Source of the DNA: Actinomycetota bacterium
Lineage (GTDB): Bacteria > Actinomycetota > Thermoleophilia > UBA2241
DNA length: 34,847 bases
Direction: 5' to 3'
Assembly (NCBI GenBank): GCA_026392265.1
Contig: JAPLCL010000190.1
Coordinates: 1 to 34,847, forward strand
Shown: in pieces, positions 32,571 through 34,847 of the stretch
Layout: the number at the start of each line of letters is the position of its first letter
How positions within the stretch are numbered: position 1 is the stretch's first letter
Position numbers and translations under genes: made by a program
The notes under the pieces: model-generated
Told to the model about the DNA's origin: nothing
Seen by the model: only the letters and a program-made list of their open reading frames with translations
Database searches by the model: none

Positions 32571-32626
32571 TCGTTTGAGCCGCCGCGGCGCGCCCCGGCG
32601 ACGCCGGCCCGGCTGCGTGCGGTACC

Positions 32627-34531
32627 ATGAGCGTCATGAGCCACAAGATCGGTATCCTCACGCCGTTTCTCTGGACGGCGCCGTCGGGCGTGAACCGCCA
32701 GGTGGAGGCGCTTGTCGAGCGACTTACGGCGCACGGTCATCGGGTCACGGTGATCGCCCCCAGCGACGACCTGCAGGCGGTCGGCGAGGCGGAGCGCCGC
32801 GTGCAGGCCGTGCTCACCGGCGAGCGGCCGACGGTCTTCCTGCCCGACGAGCCACACCCGCGCTTCTTCTTCGCCGGCGCCACCTACGCGGTGCGCGAAA
32901 GTCGCTCACTCAAGCTCATCGCCGCTCCGGCGGACCTCATCGCCAATGTCGACGTGCTGCTCGAGGCCGAGGATCTCGACGTGCTGCACCTCAACGAGCC
33001 GTTCGTCCCCGGCCTCGGATGGACGGCGCTGCGTCACGCCGGTTGCCCCCTGGTGGCGACCTTCCACGCCAACCCCGAGCGGATGGCGCCCTTCTGGGCC
33101 ACGCGGCCGCAACTTCGCCGCCTCTTCGACTCGCTCGACGCCGCCATTGCCTCGTCGCGGGCGACGAGGGACACGGCGGCGCTCACCTTTCCCGGCGCCT
33201 ATCGCGTCATCCCGCCGGGCGTCGATCTGCAACGGTTCAAGGCCGGCGACGGCAGGGAGCCCGGCCCGCTGCGGATCCTGTTCGCGGGCGTGGAGTCGCG
33301 GCGTAAGGGGCTCGGTGTGCTGCTGCGCGCGCTGCGCTACCTCGACGACCGTGCCGCCGAGCTGACGCTCGATGTCTGCGGTGCCGCTCGGCAGGAGCGG
33401 AGGTACGCGCGACTGGTCCCGCCGGCGTTCGCAGGCCGCGTGCGCTTTCTCGGGCGCGTGGCCGACGCCGCCATGCCGGACCTGTACCGGCGCGCCGACG
33501 TGTTCTGCGCGCCCTCCCTGGGCCCCGAGACCGCAGGGGTGGCGCTGCTCGAGGCCATGGCCTGCGGCGCGGCCGTGGTCGCCTCGCGGCTGCCAGGCTA
33601 CGACGAGGTCGTTTACGACGGCACCGACGGATTGCTGGTGCCGCCGCGCCGGCCGCGGGAGCTCGCTGCCGCCCTGCGGGGCCTTCTCGACGACCCGACC
33701 CTGGCGGTTCGCCTGGCGCAGGAGGGGCTGCGCACCGTGCGCCGTTTCGACTGGGAGCGCGTCGCCGGCGAGATCGAGGGCGTCTATGAGCAGGTGGCGG
33801 GGAGGCGGCGGCAGCCGCTGCCGCGTCGCCGCCGCCAGCAGCGCGAGCTGTTCGCCGATTTTCACATCCACACGCACCACAGCAAGGATTGCACGATGCC
33901 GGTCGCCGACATCCTCGAGCGCGCCCGCGAGGTCGGCCTCGATGTCGTCGCCATCACCGACCACGACAGCGCCGCCGGCGGCCTCGAAGCTCGCGAGATC
34001 GCCGACCGCTACGGCGTGCGTGTGATCGTCGGCGAGGAGGTCAAGTCCAGCGAGGGCGAGGTCATCGGGCTGTTCCTGGAGCGCACGATCCCCGGCGGCA
34101 TGACGTTCGCCGAGACGATCGCCGCCATCAAGGAGCAAGGTGGTATCGTGTACGTGCCGCACCCCTTCGACCGCCTCCACACTATCCCCAGCCCGCAGGT
34201 GCTGCGCGCCAACGTCGCCGACGTCGACGTGCTGGAGGTGTTCAACTCGCGCCTCGCCTTCCCGGGGTTCAACGAGCTCGCCGAGCGATTTGCGCAGCGC
34301 TATCGCATCCCGGCGGCCGCGGGCAGCGACTCGCACGTGCTCCCCGGTATCGGTACGGCCCTGTGCGGCATCGACGACTTCTCCGGGCCTGAGGACTTCG
34401 TCGCGGCCCTCGCCGAGAGCCGCATCGTGCGCCGCCCCAGGAGCCTCATTTACCTGCAGTCGCTCAAGTTCCTCCAGACCACCATCGGCGGGCCGTCGCG
34501 GGGCGCAGGGCAGGAGGATTCCCCTGCATAA
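32627..34531 (+). CDS. Fusion protein: PimA-like GT4 glycosyltransferase (aa 1-~385), Arg-rich linker, PHP-family phosphoesterase (aa ~409-620)
   Basis: A single uninterrupted 634-codon ORF. GT4 part: KIGILTPFLWTAPSGVNRQVEALVERLTAHGHRVTVIAP, LRILFAGVESRRKG, and GPETAGVALLEAMACGAAVVAS (E-x7-E). Linker: GRRRQPLPRRRRQQRE. PHP part: DFHIHTHHSKDC, VAITDHD, VGEEV, VYVPHPFD, AAGSDSH. Confidence 0.85.
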   Translation: MSVMSHKIGILTPFLWTAPSGVNRQVEALVERLTAHGHRVTVIAPSDDLQAVGEAERRVQAVLTGERPTVFLPDEPHPRFFFAGATYAVRESRSLKLIAAPADLIANVDVLLEAEDLDVLHLNEPFVPGLGWTALRHAGCPLVATFHANPERMAPFWATRPQLRRLFDSLDAAIASSRATRDTAALTFPGAYRVIPPGVDLQRFKAGDGREPGPLRILFAGVESRRKGLGVLLRALRYLDDRAAELTLDVCGAARQERRYARLVPPAFAGRVRFLGRVADAAMPDLYRRADVFCAPSLGPETAGVALLEAMACGAAVVASRLPGYDEVVYDGTDGLLVPPRRPRELAAALRGLLDDPTLAVRLAQEGLRTVRRFDWERVAGEIEGVYEQVAGRRRQPLPRRRRQQRELFADFHIHTHHSKDCTMPVADILERAREVGLDVVAITDHDSAAGGLEAREIADRYGVRVIVGEEVKSSEGEVIGLFLERTIPGGMTFAETIAAIKEQGGIVYVPHPFDRLHTIPSPQVLRANVADVDVLEVFNSRLAFPGFNELAERFAQRYRIPAAAGSDSHVLPGIGTALCGIDDFSGPEDFVAALAESRIVRRPRSLIYLQSLKFLQTTIGGPSRGAGQEDSPA

Positions 34532-34632
34532 CGCGCGGATAATCCCTCCCGTCCCGGATTTGCGGAGCGGCTGCGAGGAGTTGGCGGGAGCGGCGCGAAC
34601 TACCTAGCGGACACCCCGAACCGAGGTACCGC

Positions 34633-34847
34633 GTGGCGCAACCCAATGAGATCTATGACAAGTACCTGACCCGGGCGATCTCCGAGATCAACGAGCTCAC
34701 CGGCGAGATCCTCAGGTGCTCCAGATGCAGCCACGCGCGCACCATGCCGGTGATCGGCTCCGGCCACCCGATGGCCGACATCTTCATGCTCAAGTACCAG
34801 GCGCGCCCGTCCGAGCTGCACGAAGGCGTGGCGTTCTTCGGGCGCGC
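34633..34847 (+). CDS. Uracil-DNA glycosylase superfamily protein (family-4-like, Fe-S type), N-terminal fragment running off the window
   Basis: My own translation from the GTG at 34633 (GAGG 7 nt upstream; in-frame TAA at 34540) gives VAQPNEIYDKYLTRAISEINELTGEILRCSRCSHARTMPVIGSGHPMADIFMLKYQARPSELHEGVAFFGR. CxxC...R..PV.G.G.P.A..M follows the family-4 UDG N-terminal pattern. The frame is open to the window end. Confidence 0.6.
   Translation, partial: MAQPNEIYDKYLTRAISEINELTGEILRCSRCSHARTMPVIGSGHPMADIFMLKYQARPSELHEGVAFFGR

Noticed and set aside
32409-32630. 73-aa ORF in the ino1/GT4-PHP spacer
   Set aside because: It runs straight through both perfect hairpins, is Arg/Ala/Gly/Pro-rich and has no Shine-Dalgarno sequence. 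RNA structure explains the region better.
29575-34531. Genomic island integrated at tRNA-Lys carrying the inositol module
   Set aside because: I saw no integrase or recombinase, no direct repeat of the tRNA 3' end downstream, and no visible change in GC content or codon style. The genes are core lipid-biosynthesis functions.
1-34847. CRISPR arrays, rRNA genes, IS elements, toxin-antitoxin pairs and phage-defence cassettes
   Set aside because: I saw no repeat-spacer periodicity and no transposase, integrase or nuclease-type ORFs. No unexplained gap exceeds about 230 nt. Recognisable housekeeping or membrane genes account for the window apart from short intergenic spacers.

Overview
Very GC-rich window (third codon positions are almost all G/C), densely coding, with gene order typical of an Actinomycetota chromosomal core. 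I call 33 CDS (two cut by the window edges), 2 tRNAs and a few strong GC hairpins. I see no rRNA, CRISPR array, transposase, integrase or phage genes. Left to right: (i) serS (partial), diverging from a secreted L,D-transpeptidase. (ii) A tightly packed minus-strand array: tRNA-Leu, CARDB-like membrane protein, DUF4446, pheA, polytopic membrane protein, GNAT, divergent arginase-fold protein. (iii) The conserved cell-wall and Ser/Thr-signalling operon fhaA-fhaB-pstP-rodA-pbpA-pknB. Here it is headed by an extra kinase with a polytopic membrane C-terminus, and there is no pknA between pbpA and pknB. (iv) A Na+/Ca2+-exchanger-family protein, an NCS2 purine permease and an MgtE-N/CBS protein that lacks a channel domain. 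(v) Asp23 plus a Cys-containing GNAT-like protein, diverging from an amidohydrolase-TPR-STAS unit. (vi) topA-tmk-holB-ricT(PSP1)-HMA. (vii) tRNA-Lys, followed by an inositol-lipid module: PAP2/IPC-synthase-like protein, PIP synthase, inositol-3-phosphate synthase and a PimA-like GT4 glycosyltransferase fused in frame to an intact PHP phosphoesterase. (viii) The start of a divergent UDG-superfamily gene. The most interesting item is the GT4-PHP fusion. It is a candidate for a phosphatase step in actinobacterial inositol metabolism that, to my knowledge, has no assigned gene (PIP to PI, or GlcNAc-Ins-P to GlcNAc-Ins). All functional calls come from reading motifs in the translations. No database search was possible.
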